Source of the DNA: Paraspadella gotoi
Taxonomy: Eukaryota > Animalia > Chaetognatha
Assembly (NCBI GenBank): GCA_051294375.1
Contig: CM119266.1
Location: forward strand, 9,742,538 to 9,806,537
Length of the DNA: 64,000 nucleotides
Direction: 5' to 3'
Positions 52,201 to 64,000 of this stretch are shown here, piece after piece (the stretch's first letter is position 1; the number at the start of each line of letters is the position of its first letter). The notes beneath the pieces are model-generated. The model was not told the origin of the DNA. It saw only the letters and a list, made by a program, of their open reading frames with translations, and made no database searches. The position numbers were made by a program, and so were the translations under genes.

Positions 52201-54460
52201 AAAAAAAACAATCGTTTTTTTAATCTTCGCAACTTCGCTTCGAGACCAAAACTACTTTCACAACCCGAATTATATAAAAAAAAAAGGAACTTTTTTATTC
52301 TCTTCTTCTTTTTGTTGACTCTACGATTTTATCTTATGTATTTTAGTTTTTTGTCTGTGTTTGTGTTAAAAAAAACAAAAAAAAAAAAAAACTAAACCTC
52401 CGATGCCTTTAGTTCAGTCGTATTTTTTTTTCTTCGCTTTGTCTGCCTTCCTTGTTTTGATCGGTTATTTTTACGCCTTAAGATGAAAAAGATAGAGAAA
52501 TCGACTAGAAAGAGAAAGCTGGGGAAAGCGGGCGAAGGTAATGGTAAAGGGAGAGGGAGTCATTGGTCGCCCGGGAAGGGGGTTGGGCGATAGCTGGGGA
52601 GAGGGGAGAAGGGGGTGAAGGAAACGAAGGGATGGGGGGAAGCTGGGTGCGGAAGATGCGACGAAGGGAAAAATAAAGAGATTGATGTATGTCAAAGATG
52701 AAACGGAGATTAAGGAGTTTAGAATTAGGAGATAGAGTGGTATGAGAGTGAGGTGAGAGGGCGAAGAGAGAGGATGGCCGAGACTCGTTAGGAGACCCGA
52801 CGAGGTAGACGAGAGAGGGAGAGAGGCAGAGAGAGCAGAGAGGAGCTGGAGAACGAACGAGAGAAGAGACGATATGAGAGCAAGAGAGAGAGAGTCCCTT
52901 GCGACCCTGTTTTCTCCTTAAAAGTCCCTTGTCTTCCAAAAAACGAAAGAAACAGTTCCTGCAACGTAAGTGTTGCAATTACATAAACTGTTCGCGTCCA
53001 ACGCCGCGCAGCTGCCGTCCGCCAGCAGGGAAGTCGTAAGCGACGCCGCCAATCTTGTGCGAGATAACAGCCGGAAAAATAAAAAGAGCATCTGCCTTTC
53101 TCGTCGTTGCCAAGAGACGGCGTATAGGGGGCGAAATTGACGACTGACGCGACTGACACAACAACGACACAACGACGGAGACAAATACTACTTTCCTTTT
53201 TCTTTATGCAGATTGTCATTAAATTCTTTTTTCCGCTTTTTTTAACAAAATAAGAAAAGGAAACCCCCTAAAAGAAACGAATCCAAATAATAACACACCA
53301 CAGCCTTTATTTTTACGATTTTACGATTTTCACGCGCAGGTGGTTCGGGGGTTCGCGACCGCGGGAGAACAAAATCGTTCTTACGGAGTAATGAAGTATT
53401 AAACAAAAAAAAAGCTTTTTCCTTTTCTTTTTTACTTTATCTGCTATTCCTGTGGATAAAATCGAAAGCGAAGCTTGTCTCCGCTTTCGGTTTTTGATTG
53501 GAAATTTTTGTGGAAAAAAGTCTTTCGATAGGAGGAATAAATATGAAAGTTCAGTTTCCTTTAAATTCGACCCGAAATTGAGTTGTACTACTAACTTTTA
53601 TATGGTAAAGAAATTAACCGGACGCCATTTTCTATATTTTTCAAAAACATCTAGGTCATTTTCTTCGTCTGTCGCGAGATGTCAATATAAAAATTCTTGC
53701 GCCGAACACTTTTTTCATGAAAAAAACGTCGAATTTATATAGTATTCTTCCATTCCGCATCTCTATTAGGACCAAGTTCCGATCCGATTATTGTAATCGT
53801 ATTGTATCGGAATTGTACCGAAAACTTAGCCTCCATTTTAGAAGTCAACGATAAAATCCCTTTCCCAAACATATAATTATATCTTAAATTAAAAAAAAAA
53901 TATCAAATATTAAATTAAAAAAAAAAATAAATAGACAAAAAAAAGTAATTTATCAAAATAATATCTTAAAAATCTTAAAATCCTTTAAACGTTAAGTGGC
54001 TGCTGTTAATCTTTCCGTTAAAAAAAAAAAAATATCAATACAATATATAAAAACTTTCCAACGCCCCCTCTCAGCCCCCACCTCTTCCCCTCAGCCCTTT
54101 TCTCCCACTCCCTGCACCTGCCTTCCGCGCCAGCGCCGTCGCGCGTCCTGCGCCGACGCAGCGTTACGGGAAAGTCGAGGCGCTGCGCCTCGAACTTTGT
54201 TCGCGCGGACGGGAGATCCCGCTCGTGCACACGCGGGACGCCGCGCGGATGCGTCGCGTCCAGAGATGACGCGCGGAGCGGTCGAGGATGGAAGGAGGAG
54301 GAGGAGAGGGAGAAGGGCGAGGAGGTGGGGAGCGGAAAGAGAAAGTCGTTGTCGTTCGTCGTCGGCTTCGCCGAAGTGAGTTGTTTTCGTCGTTAGTTGT
54401 TTCTGTGTGATGGACAGGACAGGTTTCCTTGTCTGGGGATGCCGGAGAAGAATTTTGTCG
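45164..54460 (+). other. Indel-rich tandem second copy of about 36370-45138, probably an assembly artefact (uncorrected long read)
   Basis: Collinear with the first copy throughout, with dense single-base insertions in coding and non-coding DNA alike. It begins right after a 25-N gap and is about 0.5 kb longer than the first copy. Confidence 0.85.
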
Positions 54461-54562
54461 AAAAAAAATCTCACTTATTATCATCATCTGACTCACTGAC
54501 CTCACTGACTCACTCGCTTCTCTCTCTCTCTACATACAACAACACAATAACACAATATAAAT

Positions 54563-54605
<43 letters not shown>

Positions 54606-54684
54606 ACTCTTCTCAGCTTTCATTTCATCAATTAATTCATTCATTCATTCAATCGATCAATCAATCAATCGATCAATCAACTCA

Positions 54685-54720
<36 letters not shown>

Positions 54721-54725
54721 CTCAC

Positions 54726-54874
54726 CCTTGTTCTTCTGGAATCTCCCCCTGAATATAGAGGGCTGCGCCACGTCCCACGAGATGTTGGACTTCGGCATCG
54801 GAGGATTCGACATCACGTCGCAGGTCAGGTTGAAGTACTCCGTCCACTCACTGCGCTGAATCACCAGCGTTTCC
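54726..54874 (-). CDS. Ig receptor exon (ETLVIQRSEWTEYFNLTCDVMSNPPMPKSNISWDV...), C2/I-type Ig strands A'-C
   Basis: caatccag|...|gtgagg, phase 2 to 1; CxVxSNPP...IxW signature. Confidence 0.82.
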
Positions 54875-54998
54875 CTGGATTGAATCGTCGAGAGGGATCG
54901 ATATGAATGTATGGCGATTTGAGTACGAAAGTTGAATTGATAGAAGGTTGATTGAAGTAAAGGAAGAAATTTAAAAAAAAAAATGAAATCACGAAAAA

Positions 54999-55041
<43 letters not shown>

Positions 55042-55108
55042 GGAAAAAAAACCCAACAGCAAGTAAAATCAAAGTATAAAATGAGGTCGTTGCTCTTTTG
55101 TTCCTCAC

Positions 55109-55151
55109 ATGCATCTAAACGTGGGACCGTAGGTGACGTTGAGTCTCTCGT
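55109..55151 (-). CDS. 3' end of an Ig receptor exon whose 5' part lies in the 302-N gap (ERLNVTYGPTFRC-M)
   Basis: LNVTYGP is a classic Ig inter-domain junction. The phase-2 donor |gtgagg matches the next acceptor. Confidence 0.75.
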
Positions 55152-55721
55152 NNNNNNNNNNNNNNNNNNNNNNNNNNNNNNNNNNNNNNNNNNNNNNNNN
55201 NNNNNNNNNNNNNNNNNNNNNNNNNNNNNNNNNNNNNNNNNNNNNNNNNNNNNNNNNNNNNNNNNNNNNNNNNNNNNNNNNNNNNNNNNNNNNNNNNNNN
55301 NNNNNNNNNNNNNNNNNNNNNNNNNNNNNNNNNNNNNNNNNNNNNNNNNNNNNNNNNNNNNNNNNNNNNNNNNNNNNNNNNNNNNNNNNNNNNNNNNNNN
55401 NNNNNNNNNNNNNNNNNNNNNNNNNNNNNNNNNNNNNNNNNNNNNNNNNNNNNCCGTGTTAAATAGTTCGTATGTAGTCGATATACTCAATAATAATATT
55501 AACGATTTTATTTCTCGATAACCGTATTGTATAGTATTTTATACATTATCGCACCGACGCTGCAATAAGACGAAGCGAAATCCAAAACCGATAAATCGAA
55601 GTCGAGACAAAAGAATAAAAAAAAAAATAACTTGCGGGTTCGCATTGTTTTAATTTGTTTTCTTCTTAGCTTATGTCAGCGTCTCTCTCTCTCTCTCTCT
55701 CTCAATCTCTCTCTCTCGTCT

Positions 55722-55753
<32 letters not shown>

Positions 55754-55927
55754 ATCTCTCTCTCTCTCATCTCTCTTCTCTCTCGGCGGAATTATCCCAG
55801 CTTTTTCTCTGCCTCAAAGATTAAAAAAAAAGTGAGGAAAAAGGGAAAACGAAGATAATGACTCGAACGTCATTAATTGAAAGAGAATAAAAAATAGAAG
55901 CTATGCCGATTTGAAGCGCGACGGCGA

Positions 55928-56017
<90 letters not shown>

Positions 56018-56184
56018 AAAGAAGCTGCAAAATTAAAGCCGCGCCAGTCCCGCCGGTTTAGCCGCCAATGCCGTCCACCGACGACTGACGACCTGCCGAA
56101 CCAACCGACCGTGAAATTAAAAGAGTGAGAAAAAGAAACAGAAGTAAAACGCGAGACAAGAGAGAGACGAGAGAGAGAGAGAGA

Positions 56185-56215
<31 letters not shown>

Positions 56216-56671
56216 AGGAGAGAGAAAGAGAGAGAGCAGAAGCAAGTTTTTTGAATTTTTAGCCGTGAATTTAGATGAGATTCGATAATCGTGGCAAGGA
56301 AAGAAGAGAGATGGGGAGGGAGACGATTAAAATTCGACGCTAATGAGAGCGACCTGCGGGGAGAGAGAAGGAGGGAGAGAGATAGAGAGAGAGACAGAGG
56401 GAGAGAGAGAGAGAGTCTGCTAACTTTTGAAATATTTTAACTCAAAGTGAATAAATAGTAAATAATCGTTTAGGTTCGAGATTATTATCATTACGATTTA
56501 ACGGGCAATAAAAAATAAAATCGGACGCGAGAGAAGCATCCTGGAATTATGAGACGAAACCGTAAAGTCAACCTTGGTATATTCATTTATTCATTTATTC
56601 CGTTATAAATTTTCCGCCCGTGTCTTTGTTAAAGATCAGGCTTTATTTTTACAAAACGCCCAACTTCATTC

Positions 56672-57042
56672 TTTTTTAGTTGCGCCCTGAGTACTTGCGA
56701 AGCACTTTTCGGTCGGTCGGTCGGTCCGTTGGTATGTCTGTCCGTCGGTCTGTCCCACTTACATTGAAAATGCTCAAAACTTGCATACAGTTGGTTGCTC
56801 ATTAGTTAAGACATGAAATTGAAAACCCCTAAAATCTAAGGGACTGCTCGTGCCGCCTTCAGGAAATAACAAACAAAAGACAAAATTCCGATGCAGTGCT
56901 TGTCATAAATACACGGGATAAAAAATGGTAAAATGTAGTCATGTCATATCAGGTGGTTATGTCATGTCATGTAATGTCACAAGAAATACACGTGATAAGG
57001 CAGTCACTGCGGCGCAATACATTTGAATTACCTTTCTTGTTT
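56672..57042 (+). mobile_element. Short Helentron/HINE-like non-autonomous element
   Basis: Starts ttttttagttgcgcc, contains a (ggtc)n/(gtcc)n tract and the subterminal inverted ggcgcaa, and ends cttgttt. Confidence 0.45.
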
Positions 57043-58049
57043 AAATAAAAATTAGTTTTAAAGTTAGGGTCAGGGATTTGGTTAGTAATTAGGGTTATAT
57101 ATTTGGGTTTATGGTTTATGGTTTATGGTTCGAGGTTCGGGTTAAAAATTAAGGACGAGGGTTAGAGTTCAGGATTAGGTTAGGGTTAAATATTTTGCTT
57201 AAATATTAGGTTATAGGTTAAAAAATATATTTAGATTATATATCAAGGTTAAAATTAAAAAAAAAATTAAACAAACCGAAATGGCCCACTCTCGGAAAAG
57301 AGAGCCAAATATGGAACGTGAAAAATGGAAACGAAAAAGGCCCCCCCCCAAAAAAAACAACCACCCCCCAATAAAAAAAAACACGCCCAAAAAACATAAC
57401 AAAAGAAAAAATCCAAAATACACACAAAAAAAGAAAAGCAAAAACAAAAGACGCCCCCCCCCTACCCCCCCCGAAAAAAAAAGGAAAAAGTTCGACCTGT
57501 AAAGTGGAGATGAGAAAACGTTCGGTCCTGCAGTTTCGTCTTTGAGTCTTGAAGGATCCTTTTGTTTTCGTTGTCTCCTCTCACCCATAGGAGGCGTGGC
57601 AGGGGATCTTTTGTTGGTTTTATTCTTTAGTCGGAAGAAGAAGAAGAAGAAGAAAAAAAGAGGGAAAATCAAAAGAATAAACATTAAACGAAAATCGGGT
57701 GAAACGAAGAAAAAGGAGAACGGGTCCGTCTTTGGGTGAAAAGAAAAAGCTGTTTGTCGTTTTGTAATGTTAAATTCTATTCCGTTCTCTTTAAACTTCG
57801 AATGCTTATTGTTGTTTTACAAAATCGCCTGAATTTAAACCATTTTAACATCTTGGATTCAAAAAATCTTTTCTTTGTAAAACACATGATGACATTAACC
57901 AAGTCTTACAATCTACTCAACTAAGAAACTCATATTAAACTCAAAAATTCCCTTTTTTCTCTACGTAAACGGTTTTCGCCTTATCCCTTCCTCCCTCAAC
58001 CTCATCCTAACTTAACCGCCTTACCCTCACCCCACTCCCCCCACCTCAC

Positions 58050-58150
58050 CTGATGTGACACGTGAACTCCGTCTCCCTCCCTTCCTGCAGCACCAGCGCC
58101 ATCTCAGTGTCGAGTCTCTCCAGCGGGAAGCACTCGGGCTGCGACGCCAC
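58050..58150 (-). CDS. Ig receptor exon (VASQPECFPLERLDTEMALVLQEGRETEFTCHI-R), start of the second visible Ig domain
   Basis: ttttgttcaaag|...|gtgagg, phase 0 to 2; VxxEGxxxxFTC signature. Confidence 0.8.
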
Positions 58151-58624
58151 CTTTGAACAAAAGACGGGGCAGGGTGGGGGGGCGGAGAAGAGATGGGGAG
58201 AAAAAAAAGAGAAGGGTTGAGGGAAGAAAGGGAAAAGGGAGGAAAGAAAGGCGAAGGGAGAGAGGAGAAAAGAGAGGGGTAGGAGATATTGGAAAAGATA
58301 AAAGATAGGTGAGGGGAGAGAGCAGATAGAGAAGCGTGGATAGAGAATAGGGAGGGAGAAGAATTAAATTAGAGAAAAATCTAGCGAAGCGAAAAAAAGA
58401 GTGTAAAAGAAAAGAGCGAGAGAGAGAGAAGCTTAGATCTTCTTTCCTTTGGCAAGAGCGACTTTCACAAACGCGGCGGAAGGACCTCGGCCAGCAAGCC
58501 GCCACGCGCGTCCGCTGCCGCCGCCACGCCGCTGCAGGTTTGCGCTTAGCCTTTTGACGCGGAACACGGGAGAAGAAGGAAGACGAGAGGGAAGAGAGGA
58601 GAGAGAGAGAGAGGCGAGCAGAGA

Positions 58625-58664
<40 letters not shown>

Positions 58665-59789
58665 AGAGAGAGAGAGAGAGAGAGAGTGTATTAATAGATG
58701 GTAGCGATTAGGCTTTTGCTGTCTTTAAGTAGCAGACAAGATTGCGTAATTAAAAATGTTAAAACTAACAAAAAAAGGTCCTGTCGACCTTTGGCAAATA
58801 ATTAACGACTTATTACCACCGCAAGTTTTAACTGTTATATCATTAAAGTATTTACGAAACTTCAAACAAATGTTATGAATCTAAATGAAGCTGGTAAATT
58901 TGTGAAAAGATGAAGAAGAATCATAAATTAACTCCTCGTCTTTCTAGAAAAACTTTAACCTCAACCGATAAGTGGATTTCTTCGCCCTCATCACATTGTT
59001 TACGGAAAATAATATTTTTTTTCACTTTCTAAGCCAAGAGTTTCAGAACGAGCTTTAGTCTTAACCAATAAATAATGATCACCACAATATGCAAATGGAA
59101 TTTTTGTAATTTCTATAGTACTTGAAAGAAAAGTAAATGATAAGGAGAGAGAATGAGAGAGAGAGATTACGGTCTAAGGTCTGGTCAGTTTGTTCACTGG
59201 TCACTGGTCACTGGTCACAGTGGTCAGGGTGGTCAGGGTGGTCAAAGAAAAAGCGTGTCGGGGCAGTAAAAAAACTCGTCCATAACGTGGGCTATGTGAG
59301 AAAAGAGTTTCCCGGAGTAGTGTGGGGAGAAACCCAGCGTTTTTCGAGACTAGTCGGGGGTGTCACGGGTTACGGGAGGAGTACGAGCGGTGACCATAGG
59401 GCGGCGGCATCGGCCGCGACGGCGGCGGCGTGNNNNNNNNNNGCGGCGGCGGGGGCGGAGGAGGAAGAATGATGGACGAGTCGTTATTTTCTCAGGGCGA
59501 ATAACCCCGTAGTAAATTTCTCTCCCGTCCCTTCGTCTTTGGCACGGAGCCTTCGCAGAGGGCAGCACCGACACCACGGGTCGAGTTCTTTTGTTTTTCT
59601 TCGGAGTTTTTTTTCTGTTTAGGTTTTTTTTTTCGTTTGTTCGATCGTTTATTCGTCATTTGTTTTGTAATAAAGATTCTTTGTACGATTATCGTGGCAT
59701 AAATTTTTGCAGAAAAAAGATGAACATATTAAATATATTATATAGGAGATGGTTACGATTGAAACCTCAAAGAGAATAGAGAAAAAAAG

Positions 59790-59890
<101 letters not shown>

Positions 59891-61149
59891 CAGAGAGAGA
59901 CTATAAAAGCAGCGCGGAAGGGCCCCAGAGAGAATTGCGATGCTGCGAAGCCTAGCTCGTGACCAGAGAGAGTGGATGGAAGTTCGGAACTAAAGAAATC
60001 ACTGGGCGATTTAGGGGAGGAGAAGGGGTTAGAGGTTCGGAGTTTGCCCAGGGTTTTGGACCCAAGTCCGGCCGCCGCCCTAGCGCCACCCAGCGGTCAT
60101 CGCTAAACGCCCCATAACGAGCCCGAAAAACTCCCATTAGCCGATGAGGGACGGAAACCCGGGGCCGCGTTTTGTTTTTTATGGGAGGAAGAGAGAGGAA
60201 GACGAGCGAAGCGATAAATGGGGGATTAGTTTTTATGTCCGGTTCGGAAGAAAGAAAGATGGCGGACGATATTCCGTCGCGCGCGCCATCTCGAAAAGAC
60301 GCGAAAAGGGGAAGTCGCAGGCGAAGGGGGGGGGGAATTGGCGGTTGAGTCATGCGATCGGGTAAGGTTTGGCTGGAGAGTTGGATAAGTATGTTCATTG
60401 CAATGTCTCGATGCATATATGCGGTATAAATCAACAATTGAACATCTGGGAGTTTTATAATCTCATTTACATATTGTAGTATTCATAATGGATACAGTTT
60501 ACGGGTATTTGATTTTATTTATTGCAACAGGGAGTAGACATAACCACAACCAAAACGTAAATCGATATTTGAAATCGAAAAGTGGCTTTCGCCTTGTGAT
60601 TTTGTCGCTAAAAGAGGTAAATAGTCATTAGTCTATTTACCGAGCTGCGAGAGGATTCAAACTAAAATATAGTCATTGATTTCTTTTAAATATTTCATAA
60701 ATAAGCCCATGTCATGGATTATCCTTATTCAATCCGACTTTAATCAATATTGTCAACTTTTTGTTTTATCGGAAAAAATATAAATGAAAGGAATGTGCGT
60801 TTATTGAAACACGAATCGCAAAGAATTTACTAACAATTTATGAATATGACGAGATCTTTAGTTTTTTTTTCGTCCTTCAGGTCACTGGGTGATGATTTTA
60901 AATAATTTAAACTTGTGAATGTTATTTTTTAATACATATTTTAATTGAGATTTTTTCATTTTTTTGAGCTTGAATAGTATATTTCAATTTCCGAAAAAAA
61001 AAAATCATCTGTAAACTCCCATCTATCGACCCGTAGAGTTTTAAGACGTTTCCCGCCTAAACATCGCGCCCCACAATTTCGACCACATTCACCCACACTC
61101 CCCGCAAACCCGCCCACACTCTCAACATCCCCCCTCCACACACACTCAC

Positions 61150-61437
61150 GTTGAGCGTGACGTTAAGTTTGTTCCCGCATTTGTAGTCTCCCGAATCCTC
61201 GAGAGTCGTCCGTCGAATCACGAGTCGATACGCGGACAAAGTCTTGGAGGCCTCGGGTCGACGCGGCGCCATCATCGACAACGCCGTCGAGGAAGAGGAG
61301 GAGGAAGAGGAAGAGGAAGGGGCGGAGGTGGGAGAGGGAGAAGGGGAGGAGGAGGAGGAGTTGAGTTTGCGGACGACGAAGGCGTATTTGGTCATATCGA
61401 CGGTCTGATCGTAGGGGAGTTCGCCGAAGGAGAGGAC
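61150..61437 (-). CDS. Ig receptor exon: C-terminal half of a V-type Ig domain (YRLVIRRTTLEDSGDYKC...NVTLN) with a Ser/Pro insert
   Basis: cccctccag|...|gtgagt, 288 nt, phase 0 to 0; LxI...DSGxYxC tyrosine-corner motif. Upstream exons and a signal peptide were not located. Confidence 0.85.
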
Positions 61438-64000
61438 CTGGAGGGGTGGAGGGGGAGGAAGAGAATGGGAGGGTGGAGGTGAGATGCGAGATACGGGGTG
61501 TTGTCGGGGGAGTTGGGGGATAGAGAAGAATGGTTTCATTGTTGAAGAGAAAAAAAAATAGAGAGAAAAGTAAAAGGAGAAAAGAAAAGAATATAAACAA
61601 AAAGAAAAGAAAAGAAATGAAAACCGACAATTAGAAAAGAACAGAAATTAAAAATTTAAAAGAAGAAAAAAGAATGCAACCTGTCATCCGTGACACGATA
61701 CACACTATAATTAAATTTATTAATCAATAATCGTTAAATTTATTAAATTTGTTACATTCGTTACAAGCAAATGATACCTCTAAGGCCAACTAAAATGAAT
61801 GCTCAATTTTCTTAGCGCAAGGAAAGATGGCGACTTTGTGTACAAGAGAAAAATACTAAACGGAAGAAGCATCGCTCTCCAGCGAAACTCTTCGGGGCAG
61901 ATTCTTCCCCGCCCCCCGGCCCTCCTTCGCCCCCTGGCCTCGTTCTCATCTCTTCCCCACGCGTTTTACACTAATCCCCCTCCACGCCCCCCCCCAAAAA
62001 AAGTATATTTCCTCAGATTCCTCTGAGATTTAAGCTTATCATCTCGGAAACGACCCATGGCTGACCGACCGTGGGCGGACGAAAGCGGGAAGAGAAAATG
62101 GGGGGGAGAGGAATGTAAGGTGGGTTCTGGAAGAGAGAGGCCGAGGGTGTGGAAGGGGCCACGGGGCCTCGTTCACCCTCCTTGCGCCATTTCGGTCGAG
62201 TTCCCGACCCCGAAAATGGCCGGTGATTCTTTGCGGAAGCCGAGGCGTGGGTGTCGAGAGGAAGCGATATAGTTCGGGGCGAGGGCCAAGCCGCTCGGGC
62301 ACGGGGGTCGAACGACCCGTCGAGGCTCCGGCCGAATAAAAGCCGCGATGGGTCCTGCCTTCGCGCCCAACGACGCCGCCGGAAAAAAAAAGAAAAGTGG
62401 CGCGCTAACGGCGAGAGGGCGCGACCTCCGAAATCGAGGCTCCTTGACCGGACCGGTGGCGCTGACCGGTTGGACTTTTTTCGGCCACGCCTCACTTTTT
62501 TTTGGCGTTTAGCGTCATCATTCGACGGACTAGAATACGGTTTAGATGAGGAAAAGGGATTTTTAATTTTAGTATTTTTCATCTTGAGCCTACTACAAAA
62601 ATACATCCTGAAATATTTTATTTCATGGCAAAGCTTTCATTTGTTGCAATAATGGTGAGCCGACTACCTGATAAACAATATTTTTATACAACTGAGAAAG
62701 CGGTAAATTGACCGTACATTTTAATATCTTTAAAATATAAATAAATAATCAGCCCATTCCACTTGCCACTCTGTACCTTTCTCAATTCTCAGCCCTTTTT
62801 CCGTCTGCTCCTCCCTAAAAATTGGGCGAAGTTTGTTTTAAGAGGAAAATTCGATTTCTCAGAAATGAAACCCGATTTCTCAGAAATGAGTTTTTCGTCG
62901 CCTTCGTTTTTTTTTTCACGTCCACATCAAAATCCCATTCGACGGCGAAGGCTTCATCATATACAGGGGGAACCCATTTTCTCTCCCTCGCCCCATTTTC
63001 GGTCCCGAGGGTGACGCATTATGCTTCCTCCGCTTTCCCCTCCCGGGTACAGCGAGCTGGGAGTTGGGTTCTCGACCACCCTCTTATTTTTTTTTTCTGG
63101 TGAGGGGGTCCAGGTTCGTACGAAAAACCCAACCAAATGGCCTCGTTGAAAACGCGAAATGTCAGAAATCTCGGAAGAATATCAAGAATTCCATTTCTAG
63201 GAAAAGACGTTGAAACCTTTTAATTTACATTTTTGGCCTGACTTGCCTTATTTCAGAAATTCACAAATCTTTTTTGCTTATTTTCAAAACTCACTTTCGT
63301 CTCACACTGCCTTTCTCCCTGAATTGTTCACTTCTCAAATCCCTACTCCTCCCCCTCCTCCTCCTCCTCCTCTTCCTCCTCTCAAAAGGTCATAAACTCC
63401 AGCGACGTCGATGTTATGACGAGGATATTGTTTTGCGCAAATAGGAGGTAAACATTGGCTTCCAATTTTCTCCCAGAAATTAAGCTTGAATTTTCTGATT
63501 TCCGCGCGGGGGCGTCTCTCCCATCAGGCGTCGACGGCCGGGCGTCACGCCTTGGCCCACGGGGAGATTCGAAGTCTCTAAACGGACGGAAAAATTTGGA
63601 CAATTTTTTTCTATCTGTAGAAAGAGACTGGCTATCGGCTTAGTCTAAATAATGTGACGTTTATTAAATTAATTCATTTATTAAACTTATTTTTTCAAAT
63701 TATTTTATTTTGCGCACGGACTAATGTTTAAATATCCAAACTTTTTAAATCCGAGTTAATATCTTTGACGCAAGTCATCATCTTGTATGTCGTATAGTAC
63801 ATATATATTTTAAATAAAAAACAAAAGAATTAATAAGAAATACTTAACGGTCGTTGTAAGCAAAAAATGGAGTTAAAATTTTTTTTTTTTCTGTTCATTG
63901 GTCATTGGTCAATGTCCAGAGGCCAGCAACTGAACATTGCATTAACTTAATAGTATTTGGGAAATACATTAGCCAAATACACGAGGCCGAAAGCAGCACT

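Noticed and set aside
57060-57220. Interstitial telomere (TTAGGG-like)
   Set aside because: Too degenerate and mixed with (atggttt)n; treated as simple intronic repeat.

Overview
AT-rich eukaryotic (invertebrate-animal-like) genomic DNA with GT-AG introns, GC-rich small exons, abundant (GA)n/(CTTT)n microsatellites and four N-gaps. No prokaryotic features, rRNA or CRISPR were found. Left third: two tandem + strand paralogues, each with a giant exon (at least 5.3 kb, 5'-truncated; and 9.0 kb). They encode acidic disordered proteins with dozens of FxLPxWxLP motifs reminiscent of AHNAK/periaxin, and share a C-terminal amphipathic motif. A 5'-truncated LINE remnant follows. Right two thirds: a - strand gene of at least 16 exons (23131-61437, 5' end not found), assembled by hand with splice phases consistent except at one 1-nt frameshift and one exon hidden in a gap. 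It encodes a single-pass Ig-superfamily receptor with about 4 Ig domains (two lacking the F-strand Cys), a TM helix, a Cys cluster, His-rich and PPxY segments, and a C-terminal degenerate EF-hand domain resembling that of C1orf87/DUF5580. Its 11 kb intron holds an intronless divergent 7TM gene on the opposite strand, a DNA transposon with TIR/TSD and a Penelope-type hammerhead ribozyme. 45164-54460 is an indel-riddled second copy of about 36370-45138 and is most likely a long-read gap-filling artefact. All family assignments come from reading the sequence and from memory; no searches were run.
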